Shown here: positions 39,391 through 49,249 of the stretch, piece by piece
How positions within the stretch are numbered: position 1 is the stretch's first letter
Layout of the letters: each line of letters starts with the position of its first letter
NCBI GenBank assembly: GCA_023394965.1
Contig: JAEWZX010000007.1
Location: 100,969 to 164,968 of the forward strand
Origin: Pseudomonadota bacterium
GTDB taxonomy: Bacteria > Pseudomonadota > Alphaproteobacteria > Sphingomonadales > Sphingomonadaceae
Length of the DNA: 64,000 nt
Reading direction: 5' to 3'
Notes under the pieces: generated by a model
Told to the model about the DNA's origin: nothing
The model's input: the letters and a program-made list of their open reading frames with translations, nothing else
Database searches by the model: none
Position numbers and translations under genes: made by a program

Positions 39391-41081
39391 GCGGCAAGGT
39401 GCTCCTTGGCAAAATTCGCCTTCACACTGCGCTTGTCCACCTTTTGCGTTCCAAGACGGGGCAACTGTTCGTCGCTCCGCCAGATGACCGAAGGTACTTT
39501 GAAGGCGGCGATATGCTCGCGCAGGAATTCCTGAAGGTCATCGACCGTCAGATCCTTACCCTCATGGGTGTAATAAACCGCTGCTGGCACTTCACCGAAC
39601 CGTTCATCGGGCAGGCCGAAGACCGAGCATTCCGCCACGGCAGGATGCGCGTAGATCGCTTCTTCGACTTCGATGCAACTGATGTTTTCCCCACCGCGAA
39701 TGATGATGTCTTTCTTGCGGTCGACGATAAATAGATAGTTGTCCTCGTCCAGGTAGCCGAGGTCTCCCGTGCGGAAATAGCCATCGTCGGAATACGCCTC
39801 CCTGGTCGCATTCTCGTTCCTCCAGTAACCCAGGAAGTTGCAGACCGACCGGATCGAAACCTCGCCCACCTTTCCCTGATCCATCGGTTTTCCGTCGTCG
39901 TCGAGGATGGCCATGTCGACCAGTGGCCGCGAGGGCATGCCCGTACTGTTGGGCTTGGCGAGATAATTCTCGTTCAGATTTCCGGCCCCCACTGCGTTTG
40001 TTTCGGTCAGACCGTAGCCGAGTGCAGGAAAGCCGTCCTGAAAGGCATCTTTGACCTTTTTCACATGTTCTATCGGGCGCGGGGCGCCGCCGGCGGCAAA
40101 GGTCTTGCAATGCGAGAGATCGTATTTCTCGCGATCGGGGTGAACGGCTATCTCGTAGCTCATCAGAGGGACGCCGACGAAATAGGTGATTTGTTCATCG
40201 GCCAGCAGCCGCAGCGCCTCGGTAGCATCCCACTTGGGCATGAGGACCAGCTTGCGGCCCATGGCGAAGCTCTGCAGCAGCAGCGGCACCTCCCCGGTCA
40301 CATGGAACAGCGGTACAGCGACCAGTGCGGATGGCTGGACGCTTGGCGCTTCGCCCTTCTCGGTCAGGAGCTGCACAATCATCGCGGTCTGGCAGATATA
40401 ATTCATGGTGCCCGAAATGACGCCAAGATGGTCAGAATATGCGCCCTTCGGGTGGCCTGTAGAACCAGACGTATAAAGAATGGTGGCGAGATCTTCCGGT
40501 CCGATCTGACCCAACATGCCCATAGCCGTGTCGCCGGCAGCCCATACTGGAGCGAGACCTTCAGACGGTACGCCGTGATCGAAAACTACGATCTTGGCCG
40601 TGTGCTGCAGGCCATCGAGCCGGGCCGCGCGCTGCGAATCTGCAAGCACCAATTTGCATTCGCAAAGGTCGATTCCGTATGCCAGCTCTTCGCCGGTCCA
40701 CCAACCGTTGAGCAGCGTGGCGCAGCCGCCAGCCATGAGGATGCCCATATAGGCGACTATCCAATTGGTCGAATTGCGCGCTGCGAGCCCGACACGGTCC
40801 CCCTTTTCTATGCCGTGCTGTGTGGCAAGTCCGTGCGCGACATGGCTGGCCGCATGCCAGACCTCGCCAAAGGTCATGCGCATGTCGCCTTCGACTATGA
40901 AGGTTTCATCTTTTTTCTCATTGCAGAAATGCGCAAAATAGTGGGCGAGGCTGGGTGGTGCGTTTTTGAACGCAGGCATCTTCACCCCCCGGCGGGTGAC
41001 CTCTGTCAGCTCGAACATCTGGCCAGGTGCGATCACCGCTTCAGTGATGCGATGGATGTCCTTGTCGAGTTCTGTCGGCAT
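39387..41081 (-). CDS. Acyl-CoA synthetase (class I adenylate-forming enzyme)
   Basis: YTSGSTGHPKG, GYGLTET, TGDLG, RGGENI. Confidence 0.92.
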   Translation of the reverse strand: MPTELDKDIHRITEAVIAPGQMFELTEVTRRGVKMPAFKNAPPSLAHYFAHFCNEKKDETFIVEGDMRMTFGEVWHAASHVAHGLATQHGIEKGDRVGLAARNSTNWIVAYMGILMAGGCATLLNGWWTGEELAYGIDLCECKLVLADSQRAARLDGLQHTAKIVVFDHGVPSEGLAPVWAAGDTAMGMLGQIGPEDLATILYTSGSTGHPKGAYSDHLGVISGTMNYICQTAMIVQLLTEKGEAPSVQPSALVAVPLFHVTGEVPLLLQSFAMGRKLVLMPKWDATEALRLLADEQITYFVGVPLMSYEIAVHPDREKYDLSHCKTFAAGGAPRPIEHVKKVKDAFQDGFPALGYGLTETNAVGAGNLNENYLAKPNSTGMPSRPLVDMAILDDDGKPMDQGKVGEVSIRSVCNFLGYWRNENATREAYSDDGYFRTGDLGYLDEDNYLFIVDRKKDIIIRGGENISCIEVEEAIYAHPAVAECSVFGLPDERFGEVPAAVYYTHEGKDLTVDDLQEFLREHIAAFKVPSVIWRSDEQLPRLGTQKVDKRSVKANFAKEHLAA

Positions 41082-41244
41082 TGGTTCTAAAGTATCCTCT
41101 CCAATCGGCGCCAAACCTCTTGTTCGAGGCTCACGCATGAATTGCGGCTCGACGCAGGCTTCCCCCAAAACCCCTGCTATGCCAAAAGCCGCCCCGATGG
41201 GTCGCCGGTAGCGGCCTTGGATTCACCTCTAAGGGGATAACCAC

Positions 41245-42120
41245 TTGCTGTCACTACTGGCTGCATCGGGCGCGGCAGATCCGATCTATTGGGAAAATCT
41301 CGGCCTCAGGCCTTACCTGTTCGAGATCGGCGGTTTCCAGCTGCGCTTCTATTCGCTCGCCTATCTGTTCGGCATATTGCTGGCCTATTGGCACCTTTCG
41401 AAGATGATCAAGGCACCTGGATCACCGATGGCGCAGCGTCATGCTGATGATCTGTTCTTCTACTGTACGCTGGGTGTCATACTTGGTGGACGGCTTGGAT
41501 ATGCTGCGTTTTACAAGCCGGAACTGTTCGGTGGTGTTGAACTGTTCAAGCTGTGGGAAGGCGGAATGAGCTTCCATGGCGGGGTGATCGGCGTGCTCAT
41601 TGCCATTAGCTGGGTCGCCTGGCGCAACGGCCTGAACTGGCTGCGCATCTGTGACTATATCTCGGTCAACGTGCCTTTCGCCTATATGCTCGGGCGGCTG
41701 GCAAATTTCATCAATGGCGAATTGTATGGCCGCCCGGTGGAAAGCGATTTCCCCTTGGCGATGGTCTTCCCGACCGATCCTGACCAGCTCGCCCGCCATC
41801 CCAGCCAACTGTATCAGGCCGGCTTCGAAGGTCTGCTCCTGGGTGTGTTGCTCTTTGCCCTCTTCTGGAAGACGGGCGCACGCTATCGGGCGGGGCTCCT
41901 GGTCGGAATATTCACCGTCGGGATGGGGCTTGGCCGCTTCCTGATGGAGTTCTTCCGTGAGCCAGATGCCCACCTCGCCTATGTCGTGGCCGAAACGGGC
42001 CTCTCGCGGGGCCAATGGCTGAGCTTGCCGATGATTGCGATTGGTCTCGCGGTGGTGCTCTACTCACTGATGAAGTCTCCCGTCACCGGCGCTGCTGCGG
42101 CAAAGTCGCAGGACACATGA
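41245..42120 (+). CDS. lgt: Prolipoprotein diacylglyceryl transferase
   Basis: GGRLGY, WEGGMSFHGG, GRLANFINGELYGR, RHPSQLY, EFFREPD. Confidence 0.97.
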   Translation: MLSLLAASGAADPIYWENLGLRPYLFEIGGFQLRFYSLAYLFGILLAYWHLSKMIKAPGSPMAQRHADDLFFYCTLGVILGGRLGYAAFYKPELFGGVELFKLWEGGMSFHGGVIGVLIAISWVAWRNGLNWLRICDYISVNVPFAYMLGRLANFINGELYGRPVESDFPLAMVFPTDPDQLARHPSQLYQAGFEGLLLGVLLFALFWKTGARYRAGLLVGIFTVGMGLGRFLMEFFREPDAHLAYVVAETGLSRGQWLSLPMIAIGLAVVLYSLMKSPVTGAAAAKSQDT

Positions 42121-43202
42121 TCGACAGTGGAGAGTCTCCTCTTGCCCGCACGTTCCGCCGTCTGATCGCCCAGCACGGGCCGATGCCGGTGTCGCGCTAC
42201 ATGGGGGAGAGTAACGCCCGATATTATTCCACGCGCGATCCATTGGGCGCAGCCGGAGATTTCACCACCGCGCCCGAAATAAGCCAGATGTTCGGTGAAA
42301 TGGCGGGGTTGTGGCTGGCTGACATCTGGGTACGCGCCGGACGGCCTGCGGATGCGATCTATGTCGAGCTGGGGCCAGGCCGGGGGACGCTGGCCAAGGA
42401 TGCGCTGCGGGCGATGGCCAGCCAAGGGCTGCGACCTGAAGTGCATCTGATCGAGGGTTCTCAAACGCTTCGCAAACTGCAGGACGGGGCGGTTGCAGGG
42501 GCGCATTTCCACGACACGATTGACTCTATCCCAGAAGGGCGGCCAGTCCTGTTGCTGGCAAACGAATTTCTAGACGCCCTGCCGATCCGCCAGTTGGTGA
42601 TGACCGAAAAAGGCTGGCGCGAACGGCTGGTCGGCATCGAGGATGGCGCATTCGCTTTCGTTTCCGGCCCTAATGCGATGGATGACGCTGTGCCGGAGGA
42701 TGAGCGCGCCGCACCGGAAGACACTGTCATCGAGACCTGCCCGGCGGCGGCGGCACTTGTCGAAGCCATTTCACGCAGGATAGATGTGCAGGGCGGCGCT
42801 GCACTTTTCATCGACTACGGTTATGTCAATGCTCGCACAGGCTCTACATTGCAGGCTGTCAAATCCCACCAAAAGCTCGACGTTTTCGATTTACCTGGTG
42901 AGATGGACCTTACGGCCCATGTCGATTTTGCCACGCTCGATGCCATTACCCGTCGGGAAGGAGTTGCAAGTTCCCTCACAACGCAAGGTGCTTGGCTCGC
43001 TGCAATGGGTATAGACTTGCGTGCGCAGGCACTGAGCAGAGCATACCCATCCCGCGAAGAAGAGATCAAAGCAGCAGTGGAGCGACTCGTGCGCGCAGAT
43101 GCGATGGGCGAACTGTTCAAATGCCTGGCCATTACGGCCCGTGATTGGCCGCGCGGCGCGGCCTTCCCGGAGGGTGAGCGCAGGAAGGCTGACGGGAGCT
43201 AA
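42117..43202 (+). CDS. SAM-dependent methyltransferase, MidA/NDUFAF7 family
   Basis: GDFTTAPEISQMFGE, ELGPGRGTL, NEFLDALP, DLTAHVDF, MGELFK. Confidence 0.93.
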   Translation: MIDSGESPLARTFRRLIAQHGPMPVSRYMGESNARYYSTRDPLGAAGDFTTAPEISQMFGEMAGLWLADIWVRAGRPADAIYVELGPGRGTLAKDALRAMASQGLRPEVHLIEGSQTLRKLQDGAVAGAHFHDTIDSIPEGRPVLLLANEFLDALPIRQLVMTEKGWRERLVGIEDGAFAFVSGPNAMDDAVPEDERAAPEDTVIETCPAAAALVEAISRRIDVQGGAALFIDYGYVNARTGSTLQAVKSHQKLDVFDLPGEMDLTAHVDFATLDAITRREGVASSLTTQGAWLAAMGIDLRAQALSRAYPSREEEIKAAVERLVRADAMGELFKCLAITARDWPRGAAFPEGERRKADGS

Positions 43203-44743
43203 GGGCTCTCAAGTTCCAAACGCCGCGCCAGCTTGGCTGCTGCTTGCCCAAACGACAGTTTGTTCTCTTGGCGATCGACCGACAGATTGGCTTCCTGCAT
43301 CGTCTCGACAGTGATTGCGCCGATCAGTGGTCCAAGGGTCTTCAACAAACGCGCATCCCTGCTTTTTTCCGGCGATACCAGAAGAATGGCGTCGTAGTTC
43401 GGGAAAGCACCCCGAGGATCTTCGAGAATCACGAGATTACCCGCCGCGATCCGTCCATCCGACGTATAAGCGCCAATCACGTCGGCTTCACCGGATCGGA
43501 GCGCGTTGTACATGAAGGTAGGGGAAAAGGTGCGTTTTTCGGCAAAGCGAAGGCCGTAAGTATCGCGTACAGCAACCCATTCGGGCCGCTCGAAGAATTC
43601 TGGATCTCCGCCAATTGTCATGGTTTGCCCGCGCAGGGCAAGATCGCCGATGGTTCGAAGATTGTCTTCTTCGGCCCTGTTACGCGGCAGGGCGAGGCAG
43701 TAGGCATTTTCGAAACCAAGCCGCCCTAGAACTGTGGTGCCGCTGGTGCGTTTTTCCCAATCGGTAATTTCGGAGAGCATTGCCTCGCGTCCGGGATTGT
43801 CACTGCGCTGCATTTCGTTCGCCCAGATCGTTCCGGTATAATCTACCAGTATGTGGATGGCGTCCGTCGAAACGGCGCGATGCACAACCGCGGATCCAAG
43901 CCCATCGCGATATTCGACTGAATAACCCGCGTCTTCGAGCCTTTGTCCGATGAGGCGCGCCAGGATATATTGCTCCGAGAAGCTTTTCGCCCCGATCACA
44001 ATGCGATTTTCGGTATTATCGCCAAAGGATACAGCCAGCGCTGCCAGGATGCCGAGCAGAACTGCAGCTAATCCGCCCAGAGTCAGGACGCGTTGCCTTC
44101 TGCGGAGTCCTTTTTCTATGGTGCCGAGCAGCGCATCGGCAGTCATTGCGAGGCCCGCGCTAGCAATGCAACCGGCGAGGACCAGCACCCAGTTCTGTGT
44201 TTGCAATCCTGCGAATATCGGATCACCGAGGCTCGGTTGGCCGATTGTCGTGGAAAGTGTCGCTGCACCAATGGTCCACACGGCTGCGGTGCGGATGCCT
44301 GCCATGACGTAGGGGGCTGCAAGAGGGGCTTCCACCATCCGCAACCGCTGCCAGAACGTCATGCCCACGCCGTCGGCAGCCTCGATCACGCCGGGGTCGA
44401 GATTTGCCTGCGCCGTTACGGCGTTTCGCAGGATCGGAAGCAGTGCATAAAGTGCCAAGGCCAGCAATGCGGGAAGGAAGCCCAGCGTGGGCAGGTTCGG
44501 GCCGAAGACTGCGCGAAGATTCAGCAGAATCGGGAAGAATAGTGCAAGAAGCGCGAGGGCGGGGATGGTCTGGACAAGGCTGGCGAAGCCGAGTGTCGCA
44601 CGGGCAACTGAGGCAGATCGGCTCGCCCAAACAGCCAGCGGAAGAGCCAGCGCGATGCCCAGCAGGATGGCGGCAGCGGACAGCACAACATGCGCAGCCA
44701 ATTTGTCGCCCAGGCTGAGCAAGGCTGTCCAGATATCGCTCAC
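43199..44743 (-). CDS. Fused permease/substrate-binding subunit of an osmoprotectant-type (quaternary ammonium) ABC transporter
   Basis: QTIPALALL, EAADGVGMT (EAA loop), C-terminal binding domain with DYTGT, GFENAY, YTSDG. Confidence 0.9.
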   Translation of the reverse strand: MSDIWTALLSLGDKLAAHVVLSAAAILLGIALALPLAVWASRSASVARATLGFASLVQTIPALALLALFFPILLNLRAVFGPNLPTLGFLPALLALALYALLPILRNAVTAQANLDPGVIEAADGVGMTFWQRLRMVEAPLAAPYVMAGIRTAAVWTIGAATLSTTIGQPSLGDPIFAGLQTQNWVLVLAGCIASAGLAMTADALLGTIEKGLRRRQRVLTLGGLAAVLLGILAALAVSFGDNTENRIVIGAKSFSEQYILARLIGQRLEDAGYSVEYRDGLGSAVVHRAVSTDAIHILVDYTGTIWANEMQRSDNPGREAMLSEITDWEKRTSGTTVLGRLGFENAYCLALPRNRAEEDNLRTIGDLALRGQTMTIGGDPEFFERPEWVAVRDTYGLRFAEKRTFSPTFMYNALRSGEADVIGAYTSDGRIAAGNLVILEDPRGAFPNYDAILLVSPEKSRDARLLKTLGPLIGAITVETMQEANLSVDRQENKLSFGQAAAKLARRLELESP

Positions 44744-45507
44744 CCGGCAAGCTCCGCCAGCCGATCCGCTTGGGTTCGAGGAACAGCGACAAGTTCTTGG
44801 GCAACACTACCGCCAGCGCCTTGCAACAGGGAATGGGGCGTTTCGTCAGCCACTATTGTCCCAGCCTGCATCACAAAGACCCGATCGGCTAACAGCAAGG
44901 CTTCGGCCATGTCGTGCGTGACCATTATGGTGGTTAGGCCAAGCTCATGATGCAGGCTGCGCACTCGATTGCCCAATGCATCGCGCGTGACCGGATCAAG
45001 AGCGCCGAAAGGCTCATCCATCAGCAGGAGTTGTGGCTCGCTTGCCAGCGCACGGGCAACGCCGACGCGCTGGCGCTGCCCCCCGGACAACTGATCTGGC
45101 AGTCGCTTGGCAAGGGAGCTTTCGAGATCCACCAGATCGAGTAGCTCGACAATCCGGCGAGGTGACAGTTTCTCCCCAACCAGTCGCGGCCCGACAGCGA
45201 TATTTTCGCCAACTGTCATATGAGGAAACAGACCGATCGACTGGAAAACGTAGCCGATACGCCGGCGCAAGGCGGCCAGCCCGAGCTTGTTAACCTCTTC
45301 CCCATTGAAATGCACGGTACCGGAGGTCGGATCGATCAGGCGATTGACTGTCTTGAGCAACGTGGATTTGCCCGATCCCGAAGCGCCGACAAGTGCAACG
45401 AACTCTCCGTGCACTATGGCGGTAGAAACGCCTGCTACAGCTTGATTTGTGCCATAGCTTTTCCGCACATCACGGAATTCGAGCAGCGGTTGCGCCAGCT
45501 CCATCAC
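44740..45507 (-). CDS. ABC transporter ATP-binding subunit (OpuA/ProV-like)
   Basis: GASGSGKS, LSGGQRQR, LMDEPFGALDP, VTHD. Confidence 0.93.
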   Translation of the reverse strand: MMELAQPLLEFRDVRKSYGTNQAVAGVSTAIVHGEFVALVGASGSGKSTLLKTVNRLIDPTSGTVHFNGEEVNKLGLAALRRRIGYVFQSIGLFPHMTVGENIAVGPRLVGEKLSPRRIVELLDLVDLESSLAKRLPDQLSGGQRQRVGVARALASEPQLLLMDEPFGALDPVTRDALGNRVRSLHHELGLTTIMVTHDMAEALLLADRVFVMQAGTIVADETPHSLLQGAGGSVAQELVAVPRTQADRLAELAG

Positions 45508-45950
45508 TCCTCGTCGTCCGAGCCTTTACTAGCGGGTGTGTAATCGACCCGTCGCAGCTCGATCTCGGTGCCGTTTTCACTTGTCGCCCGCATGGTATCG
45601 CCGTTCATCCGTTCGGGCCTCCAGCACCGCTCCACACCGTTCTCGTCCTGCGGCGTGAAACACAGGAGATTGCTCTCGTCGTCTGCCGAGTAGTCCCAGC
45701 TACCTGTTTGCCAAGGATCGCCATTGCGCAGGTCGCGATATGTACCGTCAGGGTCGAGCTGGGTCGTGTAGCGAGCGCCGTCTTCCGCTATTGCACGCCA
45801 TGCGGTTGAGGCGAACGTTTTCGGAGCGGGTTCCTCGGAAGGTGGCGAGGTGGGGTTGGCTGTGTCGAAGTTCTCCGTCCCGGTAGTCCCGGACGGAGAA
45901 CAACCGACGAGCGATAATGCGGCAAGCGCCGACACTGAAAGAAATCGCAT
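45504..45950 (-). CDS. Lipoprotein, unknown function
   Basis: MRFLSVSALAALSLVGC lipobox; stop overlaps the ABC ATPase start. Confidence 0.75.
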   Translation of the reverse strand: MRFLSVSALAALSLVGCSPSGTTGTENFDTANPTSPPSEEPAPKTFASTAWRAIAEDGARYTTQLDPDGTYRDLRNGDPWQTGSWDYSADDESNLLCFTPQDENGVERCWRPERMNGDTMRATSENGTEIELRRVDYTPASKGSDDEE

Positions 45951-46021
45951 ATGTACCGCACCCTGTCGCATTGGCTTATGGGAAAGCACAGCACAGTTGC
46001 ACGTGCAAGGCAGGCAGGAGG

Positions 46022-47548
46022 TCAGTTTTCGATCGATTGCCGCGGGAAGACGATGCGAACGCTGAGCCCACCGTCCGAAAATTCACGCTCGAATGTACCC
46101 TTTAACTGACCTTCCACAGCCATTCTCAAAAGGCGCGAGCCAAACCCTTCACGCTCGGTTTCATCAGGGATATGGCAGCTTCGGGCGCTCTCATCCCATA
46201 TCACGCAGATATGGTCGCTGTCCCCGCAATCATCTTCCACGGTTACTGTTACGTGTCCCTCTTCGCAGGAGAGGGCGCCATATTTGGCTGAGTTCGTAGC
46301 GAGTTCATGAAAGATCAGTGCCAGCGGGGTTGCGGCGCGTTCACCAACCGAGATGCCAGGGCCGGTAACGCTAAACCGGTCTTCGCCACCCGTGTCATAG
46401 GGCGCCAGTAAATCGGCCAGCAGTCCCGACAGGGTTCCACCCTTATGACCGTGATCTGGGCGGACATAATTATGTGCCGCCCCAAGTGCGCGAATGGTTT
46501 CGCCCATTTCGGCGGCAAAGTCGGCAACTTCCGGCTTTCCGCGCGAACGGATCGCTACAAGGCCTGAAACGACTGCAAAAATGTTTTTTATGCGGTGGGA
46601 CAGTTCATTCGCCAGAAGATCTCTTGCTTCTGCCATTCGGCGCTGGCGATCAACATCGATCACGGTGCCGAACCACCGCGAGGCCTCTTCACCTACCGAC
46701 GTTTGCACGGCTCTCGCCAGCATCCAGCGATAATCGCCATCGGCCAGTTTCAGACGCCATTCGTATTCGAATGGTTCCCCGCTTCTAAGCGAAGCCTGAA
46801 AAGCATCGGAGGCACTTTTCCAGTCCTCCGGGTGGATCGCCGCCTGCCAGTCGTGGAGATTGCGTGGCTGTGAAAGGCCCGTCAATTCATCCCACTGGAC
46901 ATTGACGTAGTCGAAATTTCCCGCGGCATCTGCTGACCAGGCAATGCCTGGCACGCTGTCGATCATGCGTTTGAGATTGCTCTCTCGTTCATCAACGGCT
47001 TCCTTGGCCGTTTCGCCCAATCGCTGCTGGGAAAGGCGTCGCATGGCTGCTTTGGCCAGAACAGAAAGTGTTTCGCGCTGGAGTGATGATAGGCCTTCTT
47101 CGCGAGGTTGGGTGTCGATAATGCAGAGAGCACCCAGGGGTGCACCTTCGGCTGAAACAAGGGGATGGCCTGCGTAAAAGCGGATATAGGGCTCACCGGT
47201 CACAAGCGCATTATCCGCGAAACGCGGATCCTGTTCTGCGTCGCGGATCACCATGGGTTCGGTACCTAGCATCGCGTGGGCGCAGAAGCTGGTCGGCCGA
47301 GGCGTGTCTCTTGCGTCTATTCCCGTTCGCGCAAGAAACGTTTGCCGATCCACTTCGACCATAGTGACCATGACCATAGGAGCGGCGCAGATCTTTGCTG
47401 CAAGATCTACAATCTCCTGAAGCTCGGGATCGTCAACCATGGCATGGGTGCCGTGCGCGGCAAGGATCGCGAGGCGCTGCTCCTCGTCGCAATAGGCATC
47501 CGCGGGGGGCTTCCCCTCGGGCCAAAGGATATTTTCCTTACGGTACAT
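46022..47548 (-). CDS. Soluble GAF-PAS HWE histidine kinase
   Basis: GAF (FCAHAM..IRFYAG), PAS (IHPEDW), ELSHRIKN, HELATNSAKYGAL, WDE, GFGSRL. Confidence 0.92.
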   Translation of the reverse strand: MYRKENILWPEGKPPADAYCDEEQRLAILAAHGTHAMVDDPELQEIVDLAAKICAAPMVMVTMVEVDRQTFLARTGIDARDTPRPTSFCAHAMLGTEPMVIRDAEQDPRFADNALVTGEPYIRFYAGHPLVSAEGAPLGALCIIDTQPREEGLSSLQRETLSVLAKAAMRRLSQQRLGETAKEAVDERESNLKRMIDSVPGIAWSADAAGNFDYVNVQWDELTGLSQPRNLHDWQAAIHPEDWKSASDAFQASLRSGEPFEYEWRLKLADGDYRWMLARAVQTSVGEEASRWFGTVIDVDRQRRMAEARDLLANELSHRIKNIFAVVSGLVAIRSRGKPEVADFAAEMGETIRALGAAHNYVRPDHGHKGGTLSGLLADLLAPYDTGGEDRFSVTGPGISVGERAATPLALIFHELATNSAKYGALSCEEGHVTVTVEDDCGDSDHICVIWDESARSCHIPDETEREGFGSRLLRMAVEGQLKGTFEREFSDGGLSVRIVFPRQSIEN

Positions 47549-47704
47549 GATTATGTCTGTAGAAGCCTTAGACTCAAATTTGATCAACTGCCTAACGCAA
47601 AAAGCAACTTCGCGGCTTTCGCCGCCAATCGGTTTGCTCCGTAGCCATGGCTCGGCTATCGGCCGCGCACAGCAGGCAATTTCGCGAGCCTTTAAGGAGA
47701 GACG

Positions 47705-48874
47705 ATGCGCGCGACCCCGGAATTTGATTTTCATTTGGGCGAGAGAGCGGAGATGATCCGCGAGACGACAGCTCGTTTTGCGGATGAGCAGATCGCACCC
47801 TTGGCAGAGAGGATCGACCGCGAGGACTGGTTTCCGCGCGAGGAGCTGTGGAAGCAGATGGGCGATCTGGGGCTGCACGGCATGACCGTTGGTGAAGAAG
47901 ATGGCGGATTGGGCCTGGGCTATCTGGAACACGTCATCGCGGTGGAAGAAGTCAGCCGTGCCAGCGCTTCGCTGGGCCTTTCCTATGGCGCGCATTCCAA
48001 CCTTTGTATCAACCAGATCCGGCGCTGGGGCAACGAAGAGCAGAAGGCCAAATACCTTCCCGGCCTGATCAGCGGCGAGCATGTCGGCTCGCTTGCCATG
48101 TCGGAGGCCGGTGCAGGCTCGGATGTTGTCTCGATGAAGTTGAAGGCCGAGGCGGTCGACGGCGGCTATGTGCTGAACGGCACGAAATTCTGGATCACCA
48201 ATGCGCCCTATGCCGATACACTGGTGGTCTATGCCAAGACCGATGGCGCTGCAGGCAGCCGGGGTATCACTGCCTTCCTGATCGAGAAACACGACGCAGG
48301 CTTTTCCATCGGTCAGAAGATCGAGAAGGTGGGCATGCGCGGTTCGCCCACGGCGGAGCTTGTTTTTGACGACTGTCATATCCCTGAAGAGCGCGTGATG
48401 GGCCCGCTGAACGGCGGCGTAGGTGTGCTGATGAGCGGGCTCGATTACGAACGTGTGGTACTCGCCGGATTGCAGCTTGGCATCATGCAGGCCTGCCTCG
48501 ACACCGTGATCCCCTATCTTCGCGAAAGAAAGCAATTCGGAAAACCCATCGGCAGCTTCCAGCTGATGCAGGCGAAGGTGGCGGACATGTATGTCGCGCT
48601 GCAATCTGCCCGCGCCTATACCTATGCGGTGGCCAAGAGCTGCGACGCCGGACAGACGACGCGTTTCGACGCGGCAGGCGCGATCCTGCTCGCATCGGAA
48701 AATGCGTTCCGCGTTGCCGCGGAATCGGTTCAGGCGCTCGGGGGTGCGGGTTACACGCTCGATTGGCCCGTCGAACGCTATATGCGGGATGCTAAACTGC
48801 TCGATATCGGCGCCGGGACCAACGAAATCCGCCGCATGCTGATCGGGCGCGAACTGATCGGAGCAGCAGGATGA
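47705..48874 (+). CDS. ivd: Isovaleryl-CoA dehydrogenase
   Basis: SYGAHSNLC, AMSEAGAGSDVVSM, GLDYER, IGAGTNEIRR. Confidence 0.92.
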   Translation: MRATPEFDFHLGERAEMIRETTARFADEQIAPLAERIDREDWFPREELWKQMGDLGLHGMTVGEEDGGLGLGYLEHVIAVEEVSRASASLGLSYGAHSNLCINQIRRWGNEEQKAKYLPGLISGEHVGSLAMSEAGAGSDVVSMKLKAEAVDGGYVLNGTKFWITNAPYADTLVVYAKTDGAAGSRGITAFLIEKHDAGFSIGQKIEKVGMRGSPTAELVFDDCHIPEERVMGPLNGGVGVLMSGLDYERVVLAGLQLGIMQACLDTVIPYLRERKQFGKPIGSFQLMQAKVADMYVALQSARAYTYAVAKSCDAGQTTRFDAAGAILLASENAFRVAAESVQALGGAGYTLDWPVERYMRDAKLLDIGAGTNEIRRMLIGRELIGAAG

Positions 48875-49176
48875 GCAACTACGAAGACTATGTCTACGAT
48901 GAAGAGAGCGGCGAATGGATGCCCGCCTCCGAACTGGCGGCCAAGCAGGCAGCGGCGGACCAAGTGGAAGTGCGCGACGCCGTCGGCAATCTGCTGCAGG
49001 ACGGCGACCAGGTAACGCTGATCAAGGATCTCGAGGTCAAGGGAGCGGGCCAGACGCTGAAACAGGGCACGCTGATCAAGTCGATCCGCCTGACGGGCGA
49101 TGCGCAGGAGATCGACTGCAAATATCCCGGCATCAAGGGCCTCGTCCTGCGCGCCGAATTTGTGAAAAAGCGCTGA
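48871..49176 (+). CDS. PhnA/YjdM-like protein (C-terminal domain only, no zinc ribbon)
   Basis: VRDAVGNLLQDGDQVTLIKDLEVKG...LRAEFVKK. Confidence 0.88.
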   Translation: MSNYEDYVYDEESGEWMPASELAAKQAAADQVEVRDAVGNLLQDGDQVTLIKDLEVKGAGQTLKQGTLIKSIRLTGDAQEIDCKYPGIKGLVLRAEFVKKR

Positions 49177-49199
49177 CGCCAGCATCATGATGGCGTCAG
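49173..49199. terminator. Hairpin between convergent genes, possible terminator
   Basis: CTGACGCCA/TGGCGTCAG 9-bp stem; weak U tract. Confidence 0.4.
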
Positions 49200-49249
49200 T
49201 GCATCTTTCGGCATTTGATCGCGAACTCTTCAAGTACGGGCATGAACTT

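Noticed and set aside
45997..46008. 12-bp palindrome TTGCACGTGCAA upstream of the ABC operon lipoprotein
   Set aside because: Short, may simply include a -35 element, and no candidate regulator is nearby
47549..48604. N-terminal extension making the HWE kinase 860 aa
   Set aside because: The extension is antisense to ivd; kinase-like sequence begins near 47548
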